DNA of 64,000 nucleotides, from NCBI GenBank assembly GCA_051294375.1, contig CM119266.1:26989690-27053689 (forward strand). Reading direction: 5' to 3'. The notes below the pieces were generated by a model. The model was not told the DNA's origin and did not search any database. It worked only from the letters and a program-made list of their open reading frames with translations. Shown one piece after another: positions 1 through 12,300 of the stretch. The DNA is from Paraspadella gotoi (Eukaryota; Animalia; Chaetognatha). Every line of letters begins with the position of its first letter. The first letter of the stretch is position 1. The position numbers and the translations under genes are program-made.

Positions 1-211
1 GGAAACAGAAGAGGTCGAGAAGAAATGAAGGAAATAGAAATTGGGAGACAAACGGAGTTATGGAAGTCGGGATAAGGATACAATAAAAGATAGTAAAAAG
101 ATAGTTAAAATGAAAACCACATAATAGTAACAAATATTGGGAAGAGGGGAGCAAATAACAGAAAAGAAAAAAGAAAAGGTAAAAAGAGGTAGTAAAAAAT
201 AATCAAAATCG

Positions 212-295
212 AAAGATAAGAAAGAGAACTCGCCTGCAAATTGATCAAAGGAAGAGAAATAAAAGATAAGAAAGAGAACTCGCCTGCAAATTGAT
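212..295. repeat. Direct repeat of 34 bp (period 50) containing the exon M 3' end and GC donor
   Basis: aaagataagaaagagaactcgcctgcaaattgat at 212-245 and 262-295. Confidence 0.9.
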
Positions 296-429
296 TCCGT
301 GGAGATTGAGCGATGGCGCGGTTCCGTCCGGCGTCAAAATTTGTGTCGTCGTCGATTCTATTCGAGGACAAAAATCGGGACCTTTGCGCGATGAGCGAGG
401 ATAGTCGGCCGATGTCACGATCGAGTCGT
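284..429 (-). CDS. PlexB: Plexin exon M (PSI-TIG linker), ending in a GC donor
   Basis: tcccag|AC GAC...TTG CAG|gcgagt; (D)DSIVTSADYPRSSRKGPDFCPRIESTTTQILTPDGTAPSLNLHGINLQ; 146 nt, phase 1 to 0. Confidence 0.85.
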
Positions 430-3400
430 CTGGGAGAATGAACGGGACGAATGAAAGGGACGAATGAACGAACGTATGTACGAACGTATGAACGAATAAT
501 TGAGAGAAACAAAAAAATGTGGATCGGCCGCATTTTTTCGACAAAGCGTTAGGGGCCGATAAAATTTAAAAAAAAAAGAAAAAAAAGTTTGATTAACGGT
601 CTGATTAACCAATATAAAACAAGATAACAATAATCATTTTTAAAAGTAATTGATGATAAAAACCTTTTGGTTTTTTTTTATTTCCCACGTGTTCAGTTTT
701 GAATCAATTTTTTTAAAGGCTAATCTAATTCAAAATTTTACTCCCGCCAACCAGAATTGGATTTTATTTTTTTCAGAAGAAAATCCTCACTTTGTTCAGA
801 GGAGACGAAAGTTCCTCGACTTTTATCAGCTGGAGAGGGTGAGGTAATTAGATGAGATCAAGAGAAGGTAAGTCGGCGGTCGGGGGGGGGGAGTTTGATA
901 TGATCATCTCAACACTTTACTGTATGCCTGTGTTTATGTCTGTTACTCATAGTGTAAGTCAATCAGTCACACACACTCTTTTCTCTCTCTCTCTCTNNNN
1001 NNNNNNNNNNNNNNNNNNNNNAGCGCGCTATCTAAGAGTTTTCCTCTTTCTTTCTCTCTCCGGAATCCAACTATTCCCTTGTCACTTAATGAGTTTATTC
1101 TTTTGAGATGCGCGGAGTAATAAAACACATGGGCGGCGCAGTAAAAGCCGTAAAACGCGGGGATTCGTTCTGTTACGCCATTGTGTCGTTAAATATTGTA
1201 ATCTATTGTAATCGTTAATGATGAAAACGAAAAGTTTTTCTAGTTCCGCCGAGGGACCGTTACGTTGTCCGACAATGAATTCATTTTTAACAACCATAAT
1301 CAAATCAAATCAATCATCCAATTCTATGAATAAATGAAATTCAATCAATCACCATCAATCAAACAATAAATTCTATCACAGGAAACATCCCATTCTTGAA
1401 GTTTCAAAATGTCCGCTTGCCGGCTGATGCACCAAATCTAATCAATCAATCAATCAATCAAAAACAATCAATTTCTTTCCCTTTCCAGAATGCTCTCGCC
1501 GGTCAGAATGCGCAACGCCGACGCTGAACTCCATGGCTGCCTACAACAAGAACCAGTGATCTCCCTACGCGTGAATCCGCGATTCGCTGCAGAGAACGGA
1601 CGTCAAATCGTCTCCTGCACCTGGAAATCAACAATTTCCCGCCGCTTGACAGGTGCCGATGAGGGAATGGGCGTTGGGAAATATTAAGGAAAGAATGAAA
1701 AGGCGCCTCAGTTCTCTTCTGTTCTTTTTAATCTCGTTCGCTCTCGGTCGCTCCTCTCATCGCTCTCTGCGTCGCTTCTCATCTCGTTCTCTCTCGTTTC
1801 TCTCTCGTCTGCATCTCGTTCTCCCTCCACCATCTCGCTGCTCCCTCACGGCTCTCTCCCCTCCTAACGATGTCCCCGGCCTTCGAAAAAAATGGAATAC
1901 GAGAAAAAAAAATATTTTATTTGTTTTATTTTGTTATTTTTCGAATAATTGTTGTCGTCGTTGTCCTTCTGTCGTGAATCGCCCTCTTTTTCGAACTTTT
2001 CGAGAAAAGAAAAAATGAATAAAAGGAAAAAAGGAAAGAAAAAAATATAAGTAAAATAACTAGATTTAAAGAAAAATTAAAAAAGGAAAATTTTAAACTG
2101 AAATGGTAGAACAGAAACGAAAAAAAAAGAATAAGAAAAAATAAGGAAAAATTCTATAGAAATTAAATGGGGAGAGAAAAAAGTAAATCGTTTCGCAAGA
2201 CGACGACGACGACGCCCGCCGTTTTGAAAAAAAAATTGTTTTCCGCAACTTTTTGACGTTTGTTTTGCCGCAAATTCGTCGACCTCGCATTCGGGTGTTA
2301 TAGGGTGTTCGCCTTTGATTGTCATGGTCGGTTTTAGTTCAATTCTGCGAGATACTTTAAAGGCAGTAAAAAAATTCAAGGTTTATCAGAAAATTATCAA
2401 TTATCTATTCGTTATGTAAAATTATAAATATAAGGGAAAAAATATGGCAGCCGTAAATTCTTTTTCAAATTTTTCACCCTTGTTTTTCATTCCTTAATTT
2501 TTCCATTTTCCTTTCTTCTCTTCCATTTTTTTTCCTATTTTCTTATTTTTTATTTTTCTCTCTTTTCTACCTCCAATTATTCCTCTTCTCCATTGTTTTC
2601 CCCATTTCCACTCCTTTTTTCTTTCCTTTTCCTCTCATTTTCCTCCCTTTTCCTCTCATTATTCCTCCTTTCCCCTCCCTTTTCCTCTCATTTTCTCCTT
2701 TTTCCCTCCCTTTTTCCCTCACCTTTTCCTCTCATTTCCCATTTCACATTGCGATAATTGTCCGTTGGAGTAATTCATTCGAAAAAGATTAATCTTTAAT
2801 GCTTCCCTACTGTGCGCTCCTTCAACCCACTCCCCCCAATCCTTTGATTTCCTTCTTCATTTTCAAAATTGATTCCTTTTCCTTTTGCATTTCTTTCTCC
2901 TTCGCCACTAAATCTCTCCCCCGCCCCCAATCTCCTCCAGCCCCGCCCCCCTCCTTCCCCCCTCCTTTCGTGTCTCCCCCAGATTCTCACTGCGATAATT
3001 GTCTTTTTCCCTCGATCGAAGGATTTCACATTAATTATTTCTCTAACTCGATTACCCTTCGTCGTCGTCGTAGTCGTCGTAATACTCATCCTCACGTGGT
3101 CGTACATCGTCATCATCTGTGGACGTCGTCGTCATCACAACTCATCAATCCACGTTAAATCATAGTCGTCACGTTGTCAACTGCTTTCCATTTTTGTCAT
3201 CTTCCTGAATTTTTTGTCAAGTCGGGAGAGAGTTGACGTTATCCATTGTCTTTCTCAGTCGTTGTCAATCGTCATCATCATCATCGTCGTCGTCCATATC
3301 GTTCGTTTCCCCTCTCCGGGATTTATCTTCCGCGTTTCCCTCTTCTCCTTTCATCCACTTGTCCCTCATCGTCCGATCTACTTGTCCTCTCGTTCCATTC

Positions 3401-5406
3401 TCCATCACATCCTCTCGTTCTCATCTCGTCCTCTTTATCCTCCTTTCCATTCGTTTCAATCCTTTCCTATTTTCACTTTCACTTCTTCCGTCCTTTTATA
3501 CTTTATTTCTCTCCCTCCCTTCCTTTAATATCCATCCTCCCATTAATTTTCTGCCTGATCCCTTTATCCGAATCCTCTCTCTTCCCTGTTGTCCCTTCCT
3601 TTTTACTCGCTTTCCTTCTTCTCTTCTCTTCTACTCCCCTTCCTCCCCTTCCTCCTCTCGTCAACAATCCTCTCTTCCATTCTTCCCTTCTCTCCTCCAT
3701 GCCTCTCTTCCCTTACTTACCCTTCTTTCCTTCCCCTTATCTCCTCAATATCCCTTCCTCCCTCATATGCCTCTCTTCCCTTCCTCCCTTTCTTCTCTCC
3801 TCACATCCCTCCTCTTTCCCTTCTCCCTTTCGTCCCTTTCCTTCCCCAATTCCTCCAATACGCCCTCGCGGTGCGCGCCTCGTACCCAAATCGCGTACTC
3901 CGTCAACCGTCGTCGTCTTCGCGTGAACGGTCACGTCGCGGGCACACCGCCGCGTCGCGTTCCCCCCTGCGGCCGATGCGGGGAGAGCGAATCGTTCTCT
4001 TGTCTCTTTCCGGTCAGCTCTCTATCGTGCGGGCTTGTCCATCAATCTATATCATCGCTTTCAATCATCTCTATCAACGTCTCAGTCCATCATCTCATCA
4101 TGTCTCCTGTCTATCAATCGCTCATATCCCTCACGTTCGTCGTCTCCGCATCGCGTGCCGACTCCACAAGCCCTCCGCCCATGCGCCTATTCTGGCAACC
4201 CCCCCCTCGATTTCCACGCCTCTTCGAACCAAGATCGATCGAAGTCGTTAGGAACTCCAAATTTTCTTCTAATTTCTTTTTCCTCATCTTTCTTTCTTTC
4301 TTTCTTTCTTTCCCTCTTTCCCTCTTTCTCTCTCTTTTTTCTCTCTCTCTCTCTCTCTTCATTTTTGCTCTCTTCTACCTTTTTTTATTTTCGATACGTT
4401 GACGCCTTTTTTCTTTCCTTTCCTCTTTTCCTCTCTCACTTCTTTCTTCCCCTCATCTTCTTTCCCTCACCTTTAACCCTTCCCTCGTCTTCCACCCAAA
4501 AGCCACGCCCATTTCCGGTCGACACGCCCATCGCCGATATTTCTCCATTAAACAACTCGAAAGTAATCTTTCCTTTATTTCCTTTCCTCTCCCACCTCCA
4601 CCCGCCCCCCCTCCCACAACTGCCCACACGACTCCCCACAGCCTTCAAACCACGAATGCGTCTTCCACTTCCCCCGAGGGACGCACGATCACGCTCGCCT
4701 CGCGACGTCGACGCCCCGTCGCGCGGAAGGCGGCGTGACGTCGCCGCTGACGCCTGCCTGCGCCCTCCTCAGCGAGATCGCAATTCCGCCGTAACCCGAG
4801 GTGAGGTTATTATTGGCGGGGTTGAAATTTGGATAGGGTAACGTGGAAACTGGAAACAAATCATTTTTGGGTTTTTTTGACATTGTTTATAAAAGAAAGA
4901 ATACCCAAATTTCAGGAAATTCTTTTTAAAAAAAGTCCATGTCGGATCTTCGGCATTTTTTTTATCTTTCTTTTTTTTCTTTCTTCCTTATTTTTTCCTC
5001 ATTCTTTTTTTCATCTCTTTTCCTTTTCCTTTTCCTTTCCTTGTCAATTTTTAAACCCCGACTTCCATTTTACTCTTCCTCTTTTTGAAAAAGTGAATCG
5101 AAGGAATCGAACTGGTTTTTTTATTCCTTTTCTTTTCCTCTCCTCCTCCTCGTTCCTCCACTGCAACGACCGCTTTAAAAGCTTTTCATTCCGATCAAAC
5201 GAGAAATACTCCATCTTTCTCTCCGTCTTTAGACTGATTGTCAAACCCCAAAAAACGGCGCGTGTAATTCCTCAGAATCAAAGAGAGAAGAAGAGAGAGA
5301 CACAACAGACATACTGAGTGAGAAAAGAGAAGACAAAGACCGGCAGTTAATTGTTAAATGGCGGAATGAGAGTCACTGTGATTCGATTGTGGGAGTTGGT
5401 TTTGTG

Positions 5407-5442
<36 letters not shown>

Positions 5443-6220
5443 AGAGAGAGAGAGAGAGAAGAAGAGAAACAAACAAAAAAGCGGAAAAAAACTTTGAAGG
5501 AAATGAGATAGTTATCGAAAAGCGGAGTTAATATCCGCAAGAAAATCAGAGAATAAACCGCTTTGTCTTTTTTTTAGATGTCGCGAATGCATTTTCTTTC
5601 AAGTGGGGTTTTTTTTTATTGGATCGTTTGATCAACATACAAATATTGAATAAAGTTAATAAATTATAATGACATTGAATTATAAATTTACAAGAATGAA
5701 TGAGAAAGAGAGAAGGAAAGAGAAGAGAGAGAGAGAGGGTTCTTCTTTCAAGTTTTTTGTTTCACCCAAGCCTCCATTTAAATTCCTCCAAAACACATTA
5801 CCTTTATTTTTTCTCCCGATAGACGTCCTTCCCGACTCTACCTTGCCTCGTGTGAATTCCCGCGCGTGCGATAATGCGCATGCCGAATTGCAAGTGATTT
5901 TGAATGATTTAAATAGTACATACTCTTAAAGACAAAGGAACGAACTAACAACTAACAGTAACAAACAAACAAAGCAATGTACGAACAAACTCCAGACAAC
6001 GTATGTACATAAAAGCTCACGTACGTGGAGTCACGTGTTATCGCCGTCACAAAAACAGAAAAAAGAGAACATTTTTTTCGTTAAAAAAAGGACGGGGGGA
6101 AAAACAACCAAAGTTCTTTTTTTATCTCTCTCTCTCTCTCTCTCTCTNNNNNNNNNNGACAACGAAGTTCTTTGTTGGAACGGTATTTGGTCGTTTGTCA
6201 TTTTCACAAAATACGGTTTC

Positions 6221-6258
<38 letters not shown>

Positions 6259-7736
6259 TTATTCTTCTTCTCACTTAAATTTTTTTCCTCAAAAAAGGAA
6301 TAAAGATTAATTCTTCTGTCGAGTTTAACTTTCCTCTTATTTATAGACGGAAGATGAGACGCGCGGCGCCGAAAGGTAAGTTCCTCATCTCGGGTGAGAG
6401 ATTTTGCTAGGACGTGGCTCTCGGCGGCGTCGGCGAGTGTGGGTAAGTGGCTTTACAGATTATTTAAGAAACCAAAAATTGATTTTGATTTTGATTTCCG
6501 CCTCCGTCTCTTTCTCGTTACTTTTTATTTTCAGATTTCAGTTATCCTCTCTCCCATACTTATTTCGTATTAACACGAGCCATCCAAATTTTACCAAAGC
6601 GCCATTCTCTCAGCAGCAGCATACGCCCACAGCCGCAGCGTTAGCCTGCGGCGGCCGCATCTGTCGCCCGGCTACACTTGGACTCAACGCGGTCGAGCGG
6701 TCAAGCTGGCATCTGTTTTTTTTTTTTCGCATCTGATTTTTTTATTTTTTTTTTTACTTTATCACCTCGGTGAAAAGGAGAGAGGGAGGGTTAGAAAAAT
6801 CAGAGCCTCACCTTTGCATTTGTGATCCACGTCGTGCGTGCACATGTGACCTCGCATGCACCAGAAGCAGTTGAAGCGAGAGGCGACGCATCGCGTGCAA
6901 GAGTCGTGTGCGTCGCAGTCGAAGAAAGTGAAGTTGGCGGAGACGAAGTCTTTTGAGTTGACGCGGACTGACAGACGGGACGACTATGTGGTCCTCGCCG
7001 CTGTTTGGAAGGAGGGGGGAGAAGGGGGGGGGAAGGGATAAGTTTATTGGCGGCGGAACGAAAGTGGAATGGAGTAAGAATAGATTTTCAAATAGGGGAA
7101 ACCCGAGTCGATTGAAAGATATTGATAAAAAAAGATAAGCATAATCTTGTTCCTGAACCTTTTTTTAAAAATTCTCATCATAATATATATTCGAATGAAT
7201 GTCTATGTAAAATCTAGATTTCAAGTGAACTCGGATTAATATCTAGGCCCTGACATCAGCATACAAAAAAAATCTCTCCCAAACGACAGAATGAATTATG
7301 AGTCCCATTAACAGATCGCGACAGAAAAAAAATAATCGAGGGGAAAAAAAGAATAAAAGTGAGAAAGAAAAAAAAGAATAAAAGTGAGAAAGAAAAAAAA
7401 GTAGTATATTGCCTATAAATCATGAGTGAATATCTGCGGGCCTCACAGAGTCGGTCGGTCGGTCGGTCGCTCGGTCGCTCGGTTTCACCTCCCAACCCAC
7501 AATCGTCATTACGGAATGACTAAACCATGTTATTAACTCTGGGAACAGAATAGTCCTCGGTATGGTTATTTTATTTAGAAGTTAACTAATATATGAAAGT
7601 ATTCATAGTAGAATAACAAAGTTCTACGATACGAAGTATTTTTTTTTCGTTCCACCATTAATCCCTTATTCTATCTTTCTATCAGCAGATCATCGCAATC
7701 GTCATTTAAAAAAAAAAGAAAATTCATACTGACTGA

Positions 7737-7776
<40 letters not shown>

Positions 7777-9271
7777 CTCGTTCACGAGACGATCCTTCTA
7801 ACCGGGTGGTTTTCGGAATGGGCGAGCGGTAATGAAAGCGGAAGGCGGAATGTGCAGTAAAAGTTTAGCGAGAGAAATAACGGCGTGGCGCCAATTTGCA
7901 GAGATTTGGAAATGACGACGAATCTTAGAAATCTTTGACAAAAAGAATAATTCGAGAATCATCGTGGAGATTAAAGAGTAATTCATTGATTTAGAAAATT
8001 TAGGAGATTAAGAAATATAAGTTATTATAAATATAAATATATAAATATTAGTTATTATAACGAAGGAAAAACGGGTCATAGTTTTACTGCGGATTTATGA
8101 AATCAATTTTTAAGATGTATGAAAGAAAACTTGTGGATTTCAAGCATAAATGATAAAAAAGACAAAAAGATTGAATCTTATATATAATATTAACTTTCTT
8201 GCTTTGACGTACATATATATAATATATTATATATACTATATTATATAATTAGGATAGACTTTAAATATTACAGGTTTAGCCAACGAAGCGTTTAAATTCT
8301 TTCCCATTTCCCTTCTTTGGACTCCTAACTATGAGAAAGGTAGTGAAAAAAGAAAGGACACATTTTATGTAAAAAAAAGGAAAAGGGGGAAAAAATCAGA
8401 GAAAAAGGTAGAAAGAAATTGACGCGAAACCTGGATCGTGATCTTCGTGGAAATGGAGAAAAAAGAAAGAGAGAAAGGAAAAAAATTAACGTGGGGAGGA
8501 GCGGGGAGAATAAAGAGAAAAAATGCTTGATTGGTTGGGAGGAAGAAAGGAGGAAGGAAAAAGGCAGGAAAAAAGGAAGGAGAAAGAGAAAAAAGAGAAA
8601 GAAAAAAGGGAGGAAAGAAGGAAGGAGAAAAAGAAAAAGGAGGAAGAAAGGGGAGGAAAGAAGGAGGGAGAAGGAGGAAAGAAGGAGGGAGAAAGAGAAA
8701 AAGGAGGAAGAAAAAAGGAAGGAAAAAGGAGGAGGAAGAAGAAGAAGGAAAAAAAGGAAGAAAAAAAAAAGAATATGTAAGAACGAATTAGGAAAAAAAA
8801 GAGAAAAAAAAGAGAGTAACAATAAGATAAAAAGAAAAAACAGAAGAAAGAAAAGAAAAAGGAGGAGGAGGAGGAGAGAAACGAAGTTAATCGGGAAGCG
8901 AAGCGGGGAAAAAAAAATCTGCGGAATTATTTATAGCGACTTAATCTTTGCTCGATTCTCGGCTAATCAAATGAATAATGCGGAGCGATCCAGCCTGATA
9001 TTTGGTCAAAAGCGAAGGGAGAGAGGGTGGAGGGCGGTAAGGGAGTGGAAACAGTTCAAGGGTGATGTTCAGTGAACATTGTTCACGTTGTGCAGTGAGA
9101 AATTTCACGAATCCTCATCGCTTCCCGTTTTAACCAAATAGTCAACCGTCGATGGAGTTTGATATTTTAAGCCAATCGGCTCAAAGTTCCATTCGTTTCT
9201 CGATTGTTCCACGATACAGTCGAAAAGAAGGGAGTGTTCTCTTTGTTATTATGTGTATCTCTCTCTGTGTA

Positions 9272-9316
<45 letters not shown>

Positions 9317-12300
9317 CAAAACCAACTCCCACAATCGATCACAGTGACTCTCCATTTCCGCCATTAACAATTTAACTGCGGTTTTGTCTCTCTCTCACTC
9401 AGTATGTCTGTGTGTCTCTCTCTCTCTCTCTTTGATCTGAGGAATTAACCACGCGCCGTTTTTTGGGGTTGACATCCAGTCTAAAGACGGAGAGAAAGAT
9501 GAGTATTTCTCGTGATCGGAATGAAAAGCTTTTTTAAAGGCGGTCGTGCAGTGGAGGAACGGAGGAGGAGGAGGAGGAGGAGGAGGAGGAAAGAAAAGGA
9601 ATAAAAAACCAGTTCGATTCCTTCGAATTCACTTTTTTCAAAGAGGAAGAAGTAAATGGAGTCGGGGTTAAAAATTGAAGGAAAGGAAAAGAAAAGGAAA
9701 AGAGATGAAAAAGAATGAGGAAAAATAAGGAAGAAGAAAAAAAAAGAGATAAAAAAAATGCCGAAGATCCGACATGGACTTTTTAAAAAGAATTTCCTGA
9801 AATTTGGGTATTCTTTCTTTTATAACANNNNNNNNNNAACCAAAAAAGATTTGTTTCCAGATTTCCACGTCACCCTATCCAAATTTCAACCCCGCAATAA
9901 TAACCTCACCTCGGGTTAGGCGGAATGCGATCTCGCGACGGAGGGCGGCAGGACAGCGTCAGCGGCGACGTCACGCCGCCGCCGCGCGACGGGGTCGACG
10001 TCCGCGAGGCGAGCGTGGATCGTTGCGTCCCGTCGGGGAAGTGGAAGACGCATTCGTGGTTGAAGCTGTGGGGAGTCGTGTGGGCAGTTGTGGGAGGGGG
10101 GGCGGGTGAAGGTGGGAGAGGAAAGGAAATAAAAGGAAAGTTACTCGAGTTGTAATGAGAAATTATCGGCGATGGGCGTGTCGACCGGAAATGGGCGTGG
10201 CTTTTGGGTGGAAGACGAGGAAGGGGTTAAGAGGTGAGGAAAGAAGATGAGGGGAAGAAAGAGAAGTGAGAGAGGGAAAAGAGGAAAGGAAAGAAAAAAG
10301 GGTCAACGATATCGAAAATAAAAAAAGGTAGAAGAGGCAAAAATGAAGAGAGAGAGAAAAAAGAGAGAGAAAGAGGGAGAGAGAGAAAGAGGGAAAGAGA
10401 GAAAGAAAGAAAGAAAGAAAGATGAGGAAAAGAAAATTAGAAGAAAATTTGAGTCCTAACGACTCGATCGATCTGGTTTCGAAGAGGCGTGGAAATCGAG
10501 GGGGGGCGGTGCAGAATGGCGCAGGGGGGGGGGGCTGGGAGTCGGCACGCGATGGGAGACGGACGAAACGTGAGGGATATGAGCGATGATAGACAGAGAC
10601 ATGATAGAGATGATGGTGGATGAGACGTGATAGAGATGATTGAAAGCGTATTGATAGAGATGATGGACAGCGCACGATAGAGAGCGACCGGAAAGAGATC
10701 AAGAGAACGATCGCTCTCCCCGATCGCCGCAGGGGGACGCGACGCGCGTGTCGCCCGCGACGTGACCGTCACGCGAAGACGACGACGGTGGACGAGTACG
10801 CGATTTGGGTACGAGGCGCGCACGCGAGGGGATTGGAGGAATTGGGGAAGGAAAGGGAGGAAAGGGAGGAAGGGAAGAGGGGATGTGAGGAGAGGAAGAA
10901 AGGGAGGAAGGGAAGAGAGGATATGAGGGGAGGAAGGGATATGAGGAGATAAGGGAGGAAAGAAGGGAAGGAAGGGAAGAGAGGATGGGAGGAGAGAAGG
11001 GAAGAATGGAAGAGAGGATGTGACGAGAGGAGGAAGGGGAGGAAGGGAGTAGAAGAGAAGAGAGAAGGAAAGGAGTAAAAAAGGAAGGACAACAGGGAGA
11101 GAGAGGATCGGATAAAGGGATCAGGAGAAAATTAATGGGAGGAGGATATTAAAGGAAGGGAGGAGAAATAAAAGATTAAAAGGACGGAAGAAGTGAAAGT
11201 GGAAAAAGGAAAGGATGAAACGAATGGAAAGGAGGATAAGAGGACGAGAGAGAACGAGAGGATGTGAGAGAATGGAACGAGAGGACAAGTAGATCGGACG
11301 AGAGGACAAGTGGATGAAAGGAGAAGAGGGGAAACGCGGAAGATAAATCACGAGAGGGAAACGAACGATATGGACGACGACGATGATGATGATGACGATG
11401 ACAACGACGAGAAAGACAATGATAACGTCAACTCTCTCCCGACTTGACAAAAAAATCAGGAAGATGACAAAAATGAAAGCAGTGACAACGATGACGACTA
11501 TGATTTCAACGTGGATGATGATGATGACGACGACGTCCACAGATGATGACGATGACGACCACGGGAGGATGAGGATTACGACGACGACGACGACGACGAC
11601 GACGAAGGGTAATCGAGTTAGAGAAATAATAATGTGAATCCTTCGATCGAGGAAAAAGACAATTATTCGCAGTGAGAATCTGGGGAGACACGAAAGGAGG
11701 GGGGAAGGAGGGGGGCGGGGGTGGAGGAGATGGGGGGCGGGGGAGAGATTAGTGGCGAAGGGAGAAAGAAATGAAAAGGAAAAGGAATCAATTGAAAATG
11801 AAGAGGAAATCAAAGGATGGGGGGGTGGGTTGAAGGAGCGCACAGTAGGGAAGCATTAAAAGATAATCTTTTTCGAATGAATACTCCGAACGGACAATAT
11901 CGCAATGTGAAATGGGAAATGAGAGGAAAAGGGAGGGAAAAGGGAGGGAAAAAGGAGGAAAATGAGAGGAAAAGGGAGGGGAAAAGGAGGAAAATGAGAG
12001 GAAAAGGGAGGAAAATGAGAGGAAAAGGGAAAGAAAAAAGGAGTGGAAATGGGGAAAACAATGGAGAAGAGGAAATAATGGAGGTAGAAAAGAGAGAAAA
12101 AGTAAAAATAAGAAAATAGGAAAAAATGGGAAGAGAAGAAAGGAAAATGGAAAAATTAAGGAATGAAAAAACAAGGGTGAAAATTTTGAAAAGAATTTAC
12201 GGCTGCCATATTTTTCCCTTATATTTATAATTTACAAACGAATAGATAATGATAATTTCTGATAACCTTTGTAATTTTTTACTGCCTTTAAAGTATCTCG

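Larger units (their letters stand above)
1022..5460 (+). repeat. Left arm of ~4.4 kb inverted duplication (reverse complement of 9275-13567)
   Basis: 1022 agcgcgctatctaagag matches rc of ~13550-13567; the 5370-5410 segment matches rc of 9310-9350. Colinear wherever checked, with many small indels. Starts right after a 25-N gap and ends in (GA)n. Confidence 0.95.

Noticed and set aside
3233-4841. Long ORFs (389, 226, 220, 268 aa) rich in S/L/P/F
   Set aside because: They arise from polypyrimidine tracts lacking stop codons, are open in several frames, and are not preserved in the duplicate arm.
8325-9075. K/R/E-rich 218 aa ORF resembling a protamine or basic protein
   Set aside because: Pure polypurine low-complexity sequence, open in all frames.
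11370-11610. Asp-rich coding-like stretch (similar one at 46310-46420)
   Set aside because: GAC/GAT microsatellite-derived, with stops and no splice signals.
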